Assembly (NCBI GenBank): GCA_964016885.1
Contig: OZ024761.1
Coordinates: forward strand, 11,222,001 to 11,286,000
Origin: Eledone cirrhosa
Taxonomy: Eukaryota
Direction: 5' to 3'
DNA: 64,000 nucleotides
Numbering within the stretch: the stretch's first letter is position 1; the number at the start of each line of letters is the position of its first letter. The translations under genes were made by a program, and so were the position numbers. Below, piece after piece: positions 41,695-54,950 of this stretch. The notes below the pieces were generated by a model. That model saw only the letters and a program-made list of their open reading frames with translations, did no database searches and was not told the DNA's origin.

Positions 41695-42445
41695 GTGATG
41701 CTGTTGTCAGTAGTGATGCTGCTGTTGTAAAGGATGCTGCTGTATGTGATGCTGGTGTATAGTGATGCTGTTGTATAGTGATGCTGCTGTATAGTGATGC
41801 TGTTGTATAGTGATGCTGCTGTGTAGTGATGCTGTTGTATAGTGATGTTGTTGTATAGTGATGCTGTTGTATAGTGGTGATGCTGCTGTATAGTGATGCT
41901 GCTGTATAGTGATGTTGTTGTATAGTGATGCTGTTGTATAGTGATGCTGTTGTATAGTGATGTTGTTGTATAGTGATGTTGTTGTATAGTGATGTTGTTG
42001 TATAGTGATGCTGTTGTATAGTGATGTTGTTGTATAGTGATGCTGTTGTATAGTGATGTTGTTGTATAGTGATGTTGTTGTATAGTGATGCTGTTGTATA
42101 GTGATGTTGCTGTATAGTGATGCTGTTGTATAGTGATGTTGTTGTATAGTGATGCTGCTGTATAGTGATGCTGTTGTATAGTGATGTTGTTGTATAGTGA
42201 TGTTGTTGTATAGTGATGTTGCTGTATAGTGATGCTGTTGTATAGTGATGCTGTTGTATAGTGATGTTGTTGTATAGTGATGCTGTTGTATAGTGATGCT
42301 GTTGTATAGTGATGTTGTTGTATAGTGATGCTGTTGTATAGTGATGTTGTTGTATAGTGATGCTGTTGTATAGTGATGTTGTTGTATAGTGATGTTGTTG
42401 TATAGTGATGTTGTTGTATAGTGATGCTGTTGTATAGTGATGTTT
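41695..42445. repeat. 13-bp minisatellite GTATAGTGATGYTGYT-type (copy 1)
   Basis: 13-nt periodicity with C/T variants. Confidence 0.95.
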
Positions 42446-44335
42446 GTATATCTGTAAATTTGATCCTTCATTTATTCCATGTATCATATCTATAGCTTTG
42501 ATCTCTCTTTGATTCCTAGTACAATATCTGTAAATTTGATCCTTCATTTATTCCATGTACAATATCTATAGCTTTGATCTCTCTTTGATTCCTAGTACAA
42601 TATCTGTAAATTTGATCCTTCATTTATTCCATGTATCATATATATAACATTGATCCCTCCCTCATTCCTAGTACAATATCTAGAGCTTTGATCCTTCACT
42701 CATTCCGTGTAACACATCTATAGGTTTGATCCCTCCCTTAGTGTATGTACAATATATATAGACGGAAAATGATGATGATGATGATGATGATGACGATGAT
42801 GATGATGATGATTGACCCCTTCCCTCATTCCTAGTACAATATCTATAGCTTTGATCCTTCCCTCCATGTATAACATCAATAGCTTTGATCCTTCCCTCAC
42901 GCTATGTACAATATCTATAGCTTTGACCCCTCACTCATTCTGTGTAACACATTTATAACTTTGATCCCTCACTCATTCCATGTATCATATCTATAGCTTT
43001 GATCCCTCTCTCATTCCTGGTACAATATCTGTAGCTTTGATCCCTCTCTCATTCCTGGTACAATATCTGTAGCTTTGATCTCTCCCTCCATGTATCATAT
43101 CTATAGCTTTGATCTCTCCTCATTCCCGGTACAATATCTATAGCTTTGATCCCTCTCTCATTCCCGGTACAATACCTGTAGCTTTGATCTCTCCCTCCAT
43201 GTATCATATCTATAGCTTTGATCTCTCCTCATTCCCGGTACAATATCTATAGTTTTGATCCCTCTCTCATTCCCGGTACAATATCTGTAGCTTTGATCTC
43301 TCCCTCCATGTATCATATCTATAGCTTTGATCCCTCTCTCATTCCCGGTACAATATCTGTAGCTTTGATCTCTCCCTCCATGTATCATATCTATAGCTTT
43401 GATCCCTCTCTCATTCCTGGTACAATATCTGTAGCTTTGATCTCTCCCTCCATGTATCATATCTATAGCTTTGATCTCTCCCTCCATGTATCATATCTAT
43501 AGCTTTGATCTCTCCCTCCATGTATCATATCTATAGCTTTGATCTCTCCCTCCATGAATCATATCTATAGCTTTGATCTCTCCTCATTCCTGGTACAATA
43601 TCTGTAGCTTTGATCTCTCCCTCCATGTATCATATCTATAGCTTTGATCTCTCATCATTCCTGGTACAATATCTGTAGCTTTGATCTCTCCCTCCATGTA
43701 TCATATCTATAGCTTTGATCTCTCCCTCCATGTATCATATCTATAGCTTTGATCTCTCCCTCCATGTATCATATCTATAGCTTTGATCTCTCCCTCCATG
43801 TATCATATCTGTAGCTTTGATCTCTCCCTCCATGTATCATATCTATAGCTTTGATCTCTCCCTCCATGTATCATATCTATAGCTTTGATCTCTCCCTCCA
43901 TGTATCATATCTATAGCTTTGATCTCTCCCTCCATGTATCATATCTATAGCTTTGATCTCTCCCTCCATGTATCATATCTATAGCTTTGATCTCTCCCTC
44001 CATGTATCATATCTATAGCTTTGATCTCTCCCTCCATGTATCATATCTATAGCGTTGATCTCTCCCTCCATGTATCATATCTGTAGCTTTGATCTCTCCC
44101 TCCATGTATCATATCTATAGCTTTGATCCCTCTCTCATTCCTGGTACAATACCTGTAGCTTTGATCTCTCCCTCCATGTATCATATCTATAGCTTTGATC
44201 CCTCTCTCATTCCTGGTACAATACCTGTAGCTTTGATCTCTCCCTCCATGTAACACATCTATAGCTTTGATCTCTCCTCATTACTGGTACAATATCTGTA
44301 GCTTTGATCTCTCCCTCCATGTACCATATCTATAT
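42446..44335. repeat. ~35-bp minisatellite (copy 2 of tandem duplication)
   Basis: Restarts with the same diverged units and (GAT)n insert as 38296-38860. Confidence 0.95.
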
Positions 44336-44462
44336 CCCCCATATATACTGAAGGAGCCGTGATGTTGTGTGCCCAACATGTTCATTAAAATGACCAGCCA
44401 TGATTACAAACAAGGTCACTGTGATTTCTTACTACAAGAGGTCCTTGGCTAATCTGTCAGAA

Positions 44463-47400
44463 GTGATGCTGTTGTCAGTAGTGATGCTGCTGTTGTAAAG
44501 GATGCTGCTGTATGTGATGCTGGTGTATAGTGATGCTGTTGTATAGTGATGCTGCTGTATAGTGATGCTGTTGTATAGTGATGCTGCTGTGTAGTGATGC
44601 TGTTGTATAGTGATGTTGTTGTATAGTGATGCTGCTGTATAGTGATGCTGCTGTATAGTGATGCTGCTGTATAGTGATGCTGCTGTATAGTGATGTTGTT
44701 GTATAGTGATGCTGTTGTATAGTGATGCTGTTGTATAGTGATGTTGTTGTATAGTGATGTTGTTGTATAGCGATGTTGTTGTATAGTGATGCTGTTGTAT
44801 AGTGATGTTGTTGTATAGTGATGCTGTTGTATAGTGATGTTGTTGTATAGTGATGTTGTTGTATAGTGATGCTGTTGTATAGTGATGTTGCTGTATAGTG
44901 ATGCTGTTGTATAGTGATGTTGTTGTATAGTGATGCTGCTGTATAGTGATGCTGTTGTATAGTGATGTTGTTGTATAGTGATGTTGTTGTATAGTGATGT
45001 TGTTGTATAGTGATGTTGTTGTATAGTGATGCTGTTGTATAGTGATGTTGTTGTATAGTGATGTTGTTGTATAGTGATGTTGTTGTATAGTGATGTTGCT
45101 GTATAGTGATGCTGTTGTATAGTGATGCTGTTGTATAGTGATGTTGTTGTATAGTGATGCTGTTGTATAGTGATGCTGTTGTATAGTGATGTTGTTGTAT
45201 AGTGATGCTGTTGTATAGTGATGTTGTTGTATAGTGATGCTGTTGTATAGTGATGTTGTTGTATAGTGATGCTGTTGTATAGTGATGTTGTTGTATAGTG
45301 ATGTTGTTGTATAGTGATGTTGTTGTATAGTGATGTTGTTGTATAGTGATGTTGTTGTATAGTGATGCTGTTGTATAGTGATGCTGTTGTATAGTGATGC
45401 TGCTGTATAGTGATGCTGTTGTATAGTGATGTTGTTGTATAGTGATGTTGTTGTATAGTGATGTTGCTGTATAGTGATGCTGTTGTATAGTGATGCTGTT
45501 GTATAGTGATGTTGTTGTATAGTGATGCTGTTGTATAGTGATGCTGTTGTATAGTGATGTTGTTGTATAGTGATGCTGTTGTATAGTGATGTTGTTGTAT
45601 AGTGATGTTGTTGTATAGTGATGTTGTTGTATAGTGATGTTGTTGTATAGTGATGCTGTTGTATAGTGATGCTGTTGTATAGTGATGCTGCTGTATAGTG
45701 ATGTTGTTGTATAGTCATGCTGCTGTATAGTGATGCTGTTGTATAGTGATGCTGTTGTATAGTGATGTTGTTGTATAGTGATGCTGTTGTATAGTGATGC
45801 TGTTGTATAGTGATGTTGTTGTATAGTGATGTTGTTGTATAGTGATGTTGTTGTATAGTGATGCTGTTGTATAGTGATGCTGTTGTATAGTGATGCTGCT
45901 GTATAGTGATGTTGTTGTATAGTCATGCTGCTGTATAGTGATGCTGTTGTATAGTGATGCTGTTGTATAGTGATGTTGTTGTATAGTGATGTTGCTGTAT
46001 AGTGATGCTGTTGTATAGTGATGTTGTTGTATAGTGATGCTGTTGTATAGTGATGCTGTTGTATAGTGATGTTGTTGTATAGTGATGTTGTTGTATAGTG
46101 ATGCTGTTGTATAGTGATGCTGTTGTATGGTGATGCTGTTGTATTGTGATGTTGTTGTATAGTGATGTTGTTGTATAGTGATGCTGTTGTATAGTGATGT
46201 TGTTGTATAGTGATGCTGTTGTATGGTGATGCTGTTGTATTGTGATGTTGTTGTATAGTGATGTTGTTGTATAGTGATGCTGTTGTATAGTGATGTTGTT
46301 GTATAGTGATGCTGTTGTATAGTGATGCTGCTGTATAGTGATGTTGTTGTATAGTGATGTTGTTGTATAGTGATGCTGTTGTATAGTGATGCTGCTGTAT
46401 AGTGATGTTGTTGTATAGTGATGCTGCTGTATAGTGATGCTGTTGTATAGTGATGCTGCTGTATAGTGATGCTGTTGTATAGTGATGTTGTTGTATAGTG
46501 ATACAGTTGTATAGTGATGTTGTTGTATAGTGATGCTGTTGTATAGTGATGCTGTTGTATAGTGATGCTGCTGTATAGTGATGTTGTTGTATAGTGATGC
46601 TGCTGTATAGTGATGTTGTTGTATAGTGATGTTGTTGTATAGTGATGCTGTTGTATAGTGATGCTGTTGTATAGTGATGTTGTTGTATAGTGATGCTGTT
46701 GTATAGTGATGCTGTTGTATAGTGATGCTGTTGTATAGTGATACATTTGTATAGTGATGTTGTTGTATAGTGATGTTGTTGTATAGTGATGCTGTTGTAT
46801 AGTGATGTTGCTGTATAGTGATGTTGTTGTATAGTGATGTTGTTGTATAGTGATGTTGTTGTATAGTGATGCTGTTGTATAGTGATGCTGCTGTATAGTG
46901 ATGCTGCTGTATAGTGATGTTGTTGTATAGTGATGCTGTTGTATAGTGATGCTGTTGTATAGTGATGCTGCTGTATAGTGATGCTGTTGTATAGTGATGC
47001 TGCTGTATAGTGATGTTGTTGTATAGTGATGTTGTTGTATAGTGATGCTGTTGTATAGTGATGTTGTTGTATAGTGATGCTGTTGTATAGTGATGTTGTA
47101 TAGTGATGCTGCTGTATAGTGATGTTGTTGTATAGTGATGCTCCCTGTATAGTGATGCTGTTGTATAGTGATGCTGCTGTGTAGTGATGTTGTTGTATAG
47201 TGATGCTGTTGTATAGTGATGTTGTTGTATAGTGATGTTGTTGTATAGTGATGCTGTTGTATAGTGATGCTGCTGTGTAGTGATGTTGTTGTATAGTGAT
47301 GCTGCTGTATAGTGATGTTGTTGTATAGTGATGTTGTTGTATAGTGATGCTGTTGTATAGTGATGCTGTTGTATAGTGATGCTGCTGTGTAGTGATGCTG

Positions 47401-47918
47401 TTGTATAGTGATGTTGCTGTATAGTGATGCTGTTGTATAGTGATGTTGTTGTATAGTGATGCTGTTGTATAGTGATGCTGTTGTATAGTGACGCTGCTGT
47501 GTAGTGATGCTGTTGTATAGTGATGTTGTTGTATAGTGATGTTGCTGTATAGTGATGCTGTTGTATAGTGATGTTGTTGTATAGTGATGCTGTTGTATAG
47601 TGATGCTGTTGTATAGTGATGTTGTTGTATAGTGATGCTGTTGTATAGTGATGCTGCTGTATAGTGATGTTGCTGTATAGTGATGTTGTTGTATAGTGAT
47701 GTTGCTGTATAGTGATGCTGTTGTATAGTGATGCTGTTGTATAGTGATGTTGTTGTATAGTGATGTTGCTGTATAGTGATGCTGTTGTATAGTGATGTTG
47801 TTGTATAGTGATGTTGTTGTATAGTGATGTTGTTGTATAGTGATGTTGCTGTATAGTGATGCTGTTGTATAGTGATGTTGTTGTATAGTGATGCTGTTGT
47901 ATAGTGATGCTGCTGTAT
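44463..47918. repeat. 13-bp minisatellite (copy 2, expanded to ~3.45 kb)
   Basis: Same unit and same entry junction as at 41695. Confidence 0.97.
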
Positions 47919-48188
47919 ATACAGAGATTATTGATGGCATCGTCTTGATACAGCTCGTCTATGTTTAATTACTCTGTCACACACTCGCACCACCTTAATT
48001 ACTTTATCTGACCATTATAGTTTTGTTTAATTAAAGTTATTGTGCTTGCCATATATACATACATACATATCATACATGCACACACACACACAAACACATA
48101 TATATGTATATACATATATATATATACATGCACACACACACAAACACATATATATGTATATACATACATATATATGTATATACATATG

Positions 48189-48231
<43 letters not shown>

Positions 48232-48307
48232 GTATATATATATGTATATATATATATATATATATATACATGCGCACACATAGAAACACATATACGTATA
48301 TACATGC

Positions 48308-48366
<59 letters not shown>

Positions 48367-48444
48367 TATAATATAATAAAGAAAGACAAACACAGATATA
48401 CACATATATGTATTCAAATCACAAGGGACCTAAACCTACTCTTA

Positions 48445-48481
<37 letters not shown>

Positions 48482-48589
48482 GTGTACAGATATTCTTGCA
48501 TACACAATAACAAAATATAAACAAACGTATTTATTTAACGAGGCTCGATAAGGATAAATATATATCAAATATATAATAATCCTAGAGCA

Positions 48590-48999
48590 AATATTGTTCT
48601 CCTTGCTGACGTATTATCTTCGCTATTTTCCGCTCATTGCCAGCGAACGTCTTCACGAACCAAAGTATCGTCTTCCTGTTTTCCTTCAGTTGCAACGTTT
48701 TTCGAAATATTTACTATTGTTTTCATTGTACCATAGCACAACAAATACATGTTCGGTTTGTCGAATGCCTTTTTACTTAACCCTATCGTCTTGGCTTTCG
48801 TGGGTTGAACATTTTACTCTCAGGCACCGAATTAAGTTAAACCCCTGGTAATCTACCATAAATTTTTTTTATAAGCACAAAGTGTAGACACCATCCCGAG
48901 GCCGAGGTATTCCGTACTTCTCTGTACTGTTTCAGAAAGGAGGGATAAACATGCCAATCTATGTTTAGAATCCCGAGCAATGCCGGGTCATTCTGCTAG
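48590..48999 (+). mobile_element. Non-autonomous Helitron 3' end
   Basis: Hairpin cccg-agcaatgc-cggg (48972-48987) 8 nt before CTAG (48996-48999), followed by T; 5' boundary uncertain. Confidence 0.6.
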
Positions 49000-49385
49000 T
49001 ATTATATTATAATATAAGGCTCGGAAAATTTTTTTTATTTTTTCCCTTGAGCTATTTTAATTATAAGGGACTATTGTGAGTTTTTAACTCAATATATACT
49101 TTTGATATATATATATATATATAGTGAAAGAGTGAAGAATAACATGGTCAACAGTACAAAAAGGGTTTTATCTACAGTATTAACAATTGTTTCATTGGTT
49201 AAGTTGTATAAAAATTGCTAATCACTTGAAGTTGTGTCACTCAATTTTAAATACGATGTACGCCTAACCAAATCATCAGAAAAAACTGAGTCAAACAACG
49301 CCATACGCTAAAACTACCCACAATACGGAGTATTCACAACCCCTAACTGGATTACCTATAATGATAACTTGTTATCCCTTATATA

Positions 49386-49451
<66 letters not shown>

Positions 49452-49474
49452 AAGATGGTTAAAAGAGTTCCATG

Positions 49475-49545
49475 TATTTTATTATGCGCATTTCAAAAAC
49501 AAATATCATCATGGGATGATATTTGCGTTCTCATCAGATAAAATA
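49475..49545 (-). ncRNA. Minimal type I hammerhead ribozyme (left arm)
   Basis: Exact reverse complement of 50164-50234. Confidence 0.85.
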
Positions 49546-50163
49546 GGGAGACATGATATGAAGCTTAAAAAAGACTTGCGAGCAGTGAAGTGTAAAATCA
49601 ACATATGAAAAATAAAATAAGATGGATATATGAGATTGGGAAAAAGGAAAGGAAGGGGGAAAGAAAAGGTAAGGAAGAAAAAATATAGATAGAAGAAAAA
49701 AATATAATAATAAGGAAAGGATGACGGAGGAGGAGTATAAGAAGGAAGGATGAGAGAGGAGGAGAAATGAGAGAGAGAGAGAGAGATAACCTTTAATACT
49801 GAGAAACTCTGTCTCACAGAGAAAAATAAAAAAAAACCGTTGTAAGATAATACATAATTTTAAAAAATTAAGAAATTAAAAGTTAATGAGGTTTATGAAT
49901 GGTGATGCTTATGATTAAAGAAAAAGGAATTAAGAATAGTATTTATTTAAGGTTCTCTCTCTCTCACTCATTTCTCCTCCTCTCTCATCCTTTCCTTATT
50001 ATTATATTTTTTTCTTCTATCTATATTTTTTCTTCCTTACCTTTTCTTTCCCCCTTCCTTTCCTTTTTCCCAATCTCATATATCCATCTTATTTTATTTT
50101 TCATATGTTGATTTAACACTTCACTGCTCGCAAGTCTTTTTTAAGCTTCATATCATGTCTCCC

Positions 50164-50234
50164 TATTTTATCTGATGAGAACGCAAATATCATCCCATGA
50201 TGATATTTGTTTTTGAAATGCGCATAATAAAATA
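50164..50234 (+). ncRNA. Minimal type I hammerhead ribozyme (right arm)
   Basis: tattttat-CTGATGA-gaacgcaaatatcatc ccat gatgatatttgttttt-GAAA-tgcgca-TA-ataaaata: 8-bp stem I, 12-bp stem II, palindromic loop III; predicted cleavage after A50226. Confidence 0.85.
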
Positions 50235-50361
50235 CATGGAACTCTTTTAACCATCTTTTTATTTTATATTATTTATACTTGTCCTATAAACTGTTGAGTG
50301 CTACTTATCCGATATTTGCATTGCTTTATTGTGATACAATAAAACTTACCTCCTACATATT

Positions 50362-50396
<35 letters not shown>

Positions 50397-50403
50397 GTAT
50401 ATA

Positions 50404-50464
<61 letters not shown>

Positions 50465-50473
<9 letters not shown>

Positions 50474-50795
50474 TGTAGTTCCTGTCTGTTTGTTTGTTCA
50501 CGAACTCCTCCTATGGTTTTGGAGATAGACCCCCCCCCCCCTAACCATATATATTCTGAAACTACATTGCCCAGGGTTCTTGGATAAGTATATTTCATTT
50601 TAATCAAAGGGTTCCCCGGGGGCACAAACCCTCACTGAAAATGTTTTCCCTTCAATCTATATGAAATTTCAGCAAATTTCAATAATATTAAGACACCCTA
50701 ATGGAGTTTTTCTCCATAAATTATATCACTGATTTAAAATCAATCATCATTTTCTTACAAAAAAAAATGTGTGAAACGCAGCAAGGCCGGTAATA
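50465..50795 (+). mobile_element. Possible non-autonomous Helitron/DINE-like element
   Basis: Starts tatataaagttgtagtt...ctgtctgtttgtttgttcacg, resembling 5' ends of such elements; no clean CTAG end. Confidence 0.3.
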
Positions 50796-50814
50796 TATAT
50801 ATAAATATATATAT

Positions 50815-51505
50815 AAACGTCTATCTTACACAGTGTAATCTATGGAAGCGCAAGAGATGTAGTGGGATTGCAGGCAGATTAACAGAGAAAATAGACTTTA
50901 CATGTGGCAGATGCACAGAGGAAGTAAAGACTAGGAGCACAAATTCCTTCACCTGCCAGGTGGGGTTACATAGAAGTTGTTGACTGCTTTCACTATCTAG
51001 GCAATCAAATTAGCATTGGGGGAGTATGCACTGAAAGTTTGATAGCCAAGATAAGAAGTTTAGAGATCTATTACTGCTGCTAACAACAAAATGATTTTCT
51101 CTCCGAGTGAAGGGTAGACTATGATGCCTGTGTGTGAACTACAATGTTACTGGGCAGTGAAACATGGATCTTCACTGTAGAAGACCTGCGGAGATTAGAA
51201 AGGAACGAAGCGAGTATGCTCCGATGGATGTGTAATGTTAGTGTGGTTGAGTGACATAGCATAAGCAAACTGAGAGAAAAACTTGGCATGAGAGGAATTA
51301 GATGTAGTGTGCAAATAAGAAGACTACATTGGTATGGACATGTGATGCACATGGGAGATAACAGTTGCCTAAAGAGATGCAGAGAAAGCCCAGTTGCTGG
51401 GACATGGAAGAAGTAAAACCAGGAAGACATGGGATGAGGTTGTGAAGATCGATCTTAAAAAACTAAAACTCACAGCAGAAACGACTAAAGATCATGAGGG
51501 ATGGC
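50815..51505 (+). mobile_element. Degenerate RTE LINE RT C-terminal fragment
   Basis: Frameshifted homologue of 52092-52850 (KRCSGIAGRLTEKIDFTCGRC; GSETW; LRWMCN; RKTWDEVVK). Confidence 0.85.
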
Positions 51506-51527
51506 TATATATATATATATATATATA

Positions 51528-51781
51528 TCATCATCATCATTTCATTTTACGTCCGCTTTTTCCCTGCTTGCAAGGGTGGGACGGGAACTGATTCTGGCTT
51601 GATTTCTACAGCTGGATGCCCTTCCTAACACCAACCTCATTTACAGTGAGTGCTGGGTGCTTTTTTGCCGTAGGCACCTCCACGACCACTTTGCAGTGGA
51701 ATGATAGGGACCCCAGTGCCTATCATCTCATTTCTACAGCTGAGTAAACTGGAGCAATGTGAAATAAAGTGTCTTGCTCAA

Positions 51782-51783
<2 letters not shown>
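51528..51783 (-). mobile_element. CORE-like SINE, 5'-truncated
   Basis: Close reverse complement of 31770-32020. Confidence 0.85.
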
Positions 51784-51818
<35 letters not shown>

Positions 51819-51902
51819 AAAGTTAAACAAGGTTCAATGAATAAATCAAAGAATGAGTGAATCTTAACCATCTACTATGTCAGGGTATGTCATGCATCAT
51901 CT

Positions 51903-51969
51903 TATTTTATCTGATGAGGACGTACTGTTGAAGTTAACTCAGTACCTGTGAAATATGTATAATAAAATA
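51903..51969 (+). ncRNA. Minimal type I hammerhead ribozyme
   Basis: tattttat-CTGATGA-ggacgtactg ttgaagttaact cagtacctgt-GAAA-tatgta-TA-ataaaata. Confidence 0.75.
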
Positions 51970-52091
51970 TACTTGATCACAAGAATATCTATTTTGTTAA
52001 TATTTTGAATTAATATATATATATATATGGTGCCCCAGCATGGCCTCAGCCGGATGGCTGAAACAGGTAAAAGGTAAAAGAGTATATATCT

Positions 52092-53248
52092 AGAGTAGGT
52101 AGAAACTCCATTTTATGTCCCAAATGCAAAGTATGGGTACATAAAAGATGTAGTGGGATCACAGGTAAGCTAACTAAGAATATAGATTTTATATGTGGCC
52201 GGTGCTCTAGTGCAATAAGTAGCAGCAAGTGCCCACAGAATACTAACTCATTCCATTGCACAGATGGTTCTATGGACAGCTTCCGTTACCTGGGTGATAA
52301 AATCAGCAGTGGGGGAGGGTGCTCTGAAAGTACAGTAGCTAGAGTCAGAACGGGATGGAAAAAGTTCAGAGAGCTTATACCACTATTGGCCGCTAAAGGG
52401 TTCTCTCTAAAAATGAAAGGCAGGCTGTATGATGCCTGCATACGAACAGAAATGTTACATGGCAGTGAGACCTGGGCATTGTGTGCAGAGGATATACGCA
52501 GACTGGAGAGTAACGAAGCTTGCATGCTCCGCTGGATGTGTAATAGTAATATACGTGAACGGCAAAGCATAAACGAACTAAGGGAGAAATTAGAAATAAG
52601 AGGGATCAGATGTTGTTTACTCGAGAGAAGGCTACGTTGGTATGGTCACGTGATGCGCATGAAAGACGACAGCTGTATAAAAAAGTGCAGGGCAATAAAA
52701 ATAGACGGTAGCCACGGAGTAGGCAGACCCAGAAAAATTTGGGACGACTTGATAAATTCCAACCTCACACACTTACACCTCTCCAAGACAATGTCACTGG
52801 ACCGAGAGCTTTGGCGCTACACAGTAATAGAGAAGACCCGCCTTACCTAAATACAAAGTAAAAACCTACTACAGTCAGTAGGCACCTCTAACAAAATACA
52901 CCCCCGTCCCACTACCCCCACCCCATCCACACCACCCCTTTCAATGTAAAGTTATGTTGGTGTCACAACATCCCGCCTGAAACAAATGAGGTCGTGTAGG
53001 TGTCACGACAAAAAAACACACAGTCCACGCTGTAATGTGGCTGTGTAGGTAACACGGTAAAAACCTCCCAGTCCCACACTGTAAATGTGGTTGGTGTTAG
53101 GAAGGGCATCCAGCCGTAGAAAACCCGCCAGACAGTCCTACATGAGGAAGACAACCAATCTTGCCTCAAGTGGGAAAACTCCCGTCCAAACCTATGCAAG
53201 CGTGGAATATGGACGTTAAACGATGATGATGATGATGATGATGATGAT
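52092..53248 (+). mobile_element. 5'-truncated RTE-clade LINE: open frame 52092-52850 plus 3'UTR ending in (GAT)n
   Basis: In-frame RNSILCPKCKVWVHKRCSG...FICGRC...FRYLGD...GSETW...RRLRWYGHVMR...GRPRKIW, typical of an RTE RT C-terminus. Confidence 0.92.
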
Positions 53249-53677
53249 ATCATCACCATTTAACATCCATTTTTCCATGCTAGCATGAATTAGATGAGTT
53301 GTCCCATTGTGAGACAAGTCAGGTCAGGTGACCATGACTTGCTCATATAGAACTGATTCTGGCTTGGTTTCTATGGCTGGATCCCCTTCCTAATGCCAAC
53401 CACATTTACAGTGTAGACTGGGGGTGGGGGTGCTTGTTGTTGTGATACCTACACGACCCCTATATTATAGAAATCTTGCCAAATAAGGGGTTAGCAGGAG
53501 CCTTTGGTTTGTGTCAAAACACACAACTTCACCTCTGCATTTGATATGACCGTACGTAAGCAAGTATACAGACGCCCTTGGACTGTCTGGGAGGTCAGTA
53601 GCCTCACTTCAGTACTGACTGTCCTATGTAGACCTGTCCAACCCATCTTAGCAGGGAAAGCAGACATGAAATGATGA

Positions 53678-53725
<48 letters not shown>

Positions 53726-53798
53726 ATATATGTGTGTGTGTGTATATATATATATGCGTGTGTGTGTTTATATATATATGTGTGTGTGTATATATATA

Positions 53799-53889
<91 letters not shown>

Positions 53890-53952
53890 GTGTCAATAGC
53901 GGCCATGGTAACAAGTAATCCAATGAGATAGACTTAAGCACTGAGTGACTGA

Positions 53953-54480
53953 GTGGTGGTGGTGGTGGTAGTATAGGTGTTATTAGTGGTGGTGGTGGTG
54001 GTATAGGTGTTGATAGTGGTGTCTGTAGTGGTAGTAGTAGTGTAGGTGTCAGCAATAGTAGTATAGGTATCAGTAGTAGTGGTAGTGGTGGTAGTGGTGT
54101 TGGTAGTAGTGGTAGTGGTGGTAGTGATGTTGGTAGTAGTGGTAGTGGTGGTAGTGGTGTTGGTAGTAGTGGTAGTGGTGGTAGTGATGTTGGTAGTAGT
54201 GGTAGTGGTGTTGGTAGTAGTGGTAGTGGTGTTGGTAGTAGTGGTAGTGATGTTGGTAGTAGTGGTAGTGGTGTTGGTAGTAGTGGTAGTGGTGTTGGTA
54301 GTAGTGGTAGTGGTGTTGGTAGTAGTGGTAGTAGTGGTAGTGGTGTTGGTAGTAGTGGTAGTAGTGGTAGTGGTGTTGGTAGTAGTTGTAGTAGTGGTAG
54401 TAGTGGTAGTAGTTGTAGTAGTGGTAGTAGTGGTAGTAGTTGTAGTAGTGGTAGTAGTGGTAGTAGTAGTAGTTTAGGTG
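53953..54480. repeat. (GTA/GTG/GTT)n compound trinucleotide tract
   Basis: Read directly. Confidence 0.9.
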
Positions 54481-54675
54481 TTGGTTGGTAATAAAGATCT
54501 GGAGAGATTATTGCTACAGTATATATTGATTGGTCACTTAGTCCTGCTGGACTACACTCTCTCTCCCCTCTCTCTCCCTCCCTCCCCCCCTCTCTCTCTA
54601 CCTCTCTCTCTCTCTCTACCCCCTCTCTCTCCCTCCCTCCCTCCTCCCTCTCTCTCTCTCTCACTCTCTTTCTCA

Positions 54676-54706
<31 letters not shown>

Positions 54707-54838
54707 TTTCTCACTCTCTCTCTCTCTCTCTCTCTCTATAAATAATATATATATATGTATAACGAAGGAAATGTGGTAAGGAACCAGATGGACCATAACG
54801 CCCCAGAGTACTCAATACTTAGGGTAGTAGAGTGGGAA

Positions 54839-54950
54839 ATAGGAACAAGTAGGACCCGGACGGCAGAGCTGAAGCCGTTTCGACGGCTATGTCCAGAAAT
54901 AGCCGTCTAAACGGCTTGAGCTCTGCCGTCGGGGTCCTACTTGTTCCTAT
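54839..54950. repeat. 52-bp-arm fold-back hairpin
   Basis: 54839-54890 versus 54899-54950, 3 mismatches, 8-nt loop. Confidence 0.9.

Larger units (their letters stand above)
49447..50262. mobile_element. Penelope/retrozyme-like inverted repeat element (arms ~49447-49793 and ~49946-50262)
   Basis: Arms are near-perfect reverse complements apart from a ~25-bp indel; each carries a hammerhead; (TA)n on the left and nearby on the right. Confidence 0.75.

Noticed and set aside
41681-47940. Long QQHHYTT repeat ORFs
   Set aside because: 13-bp tandem repeat cycling through all frames.
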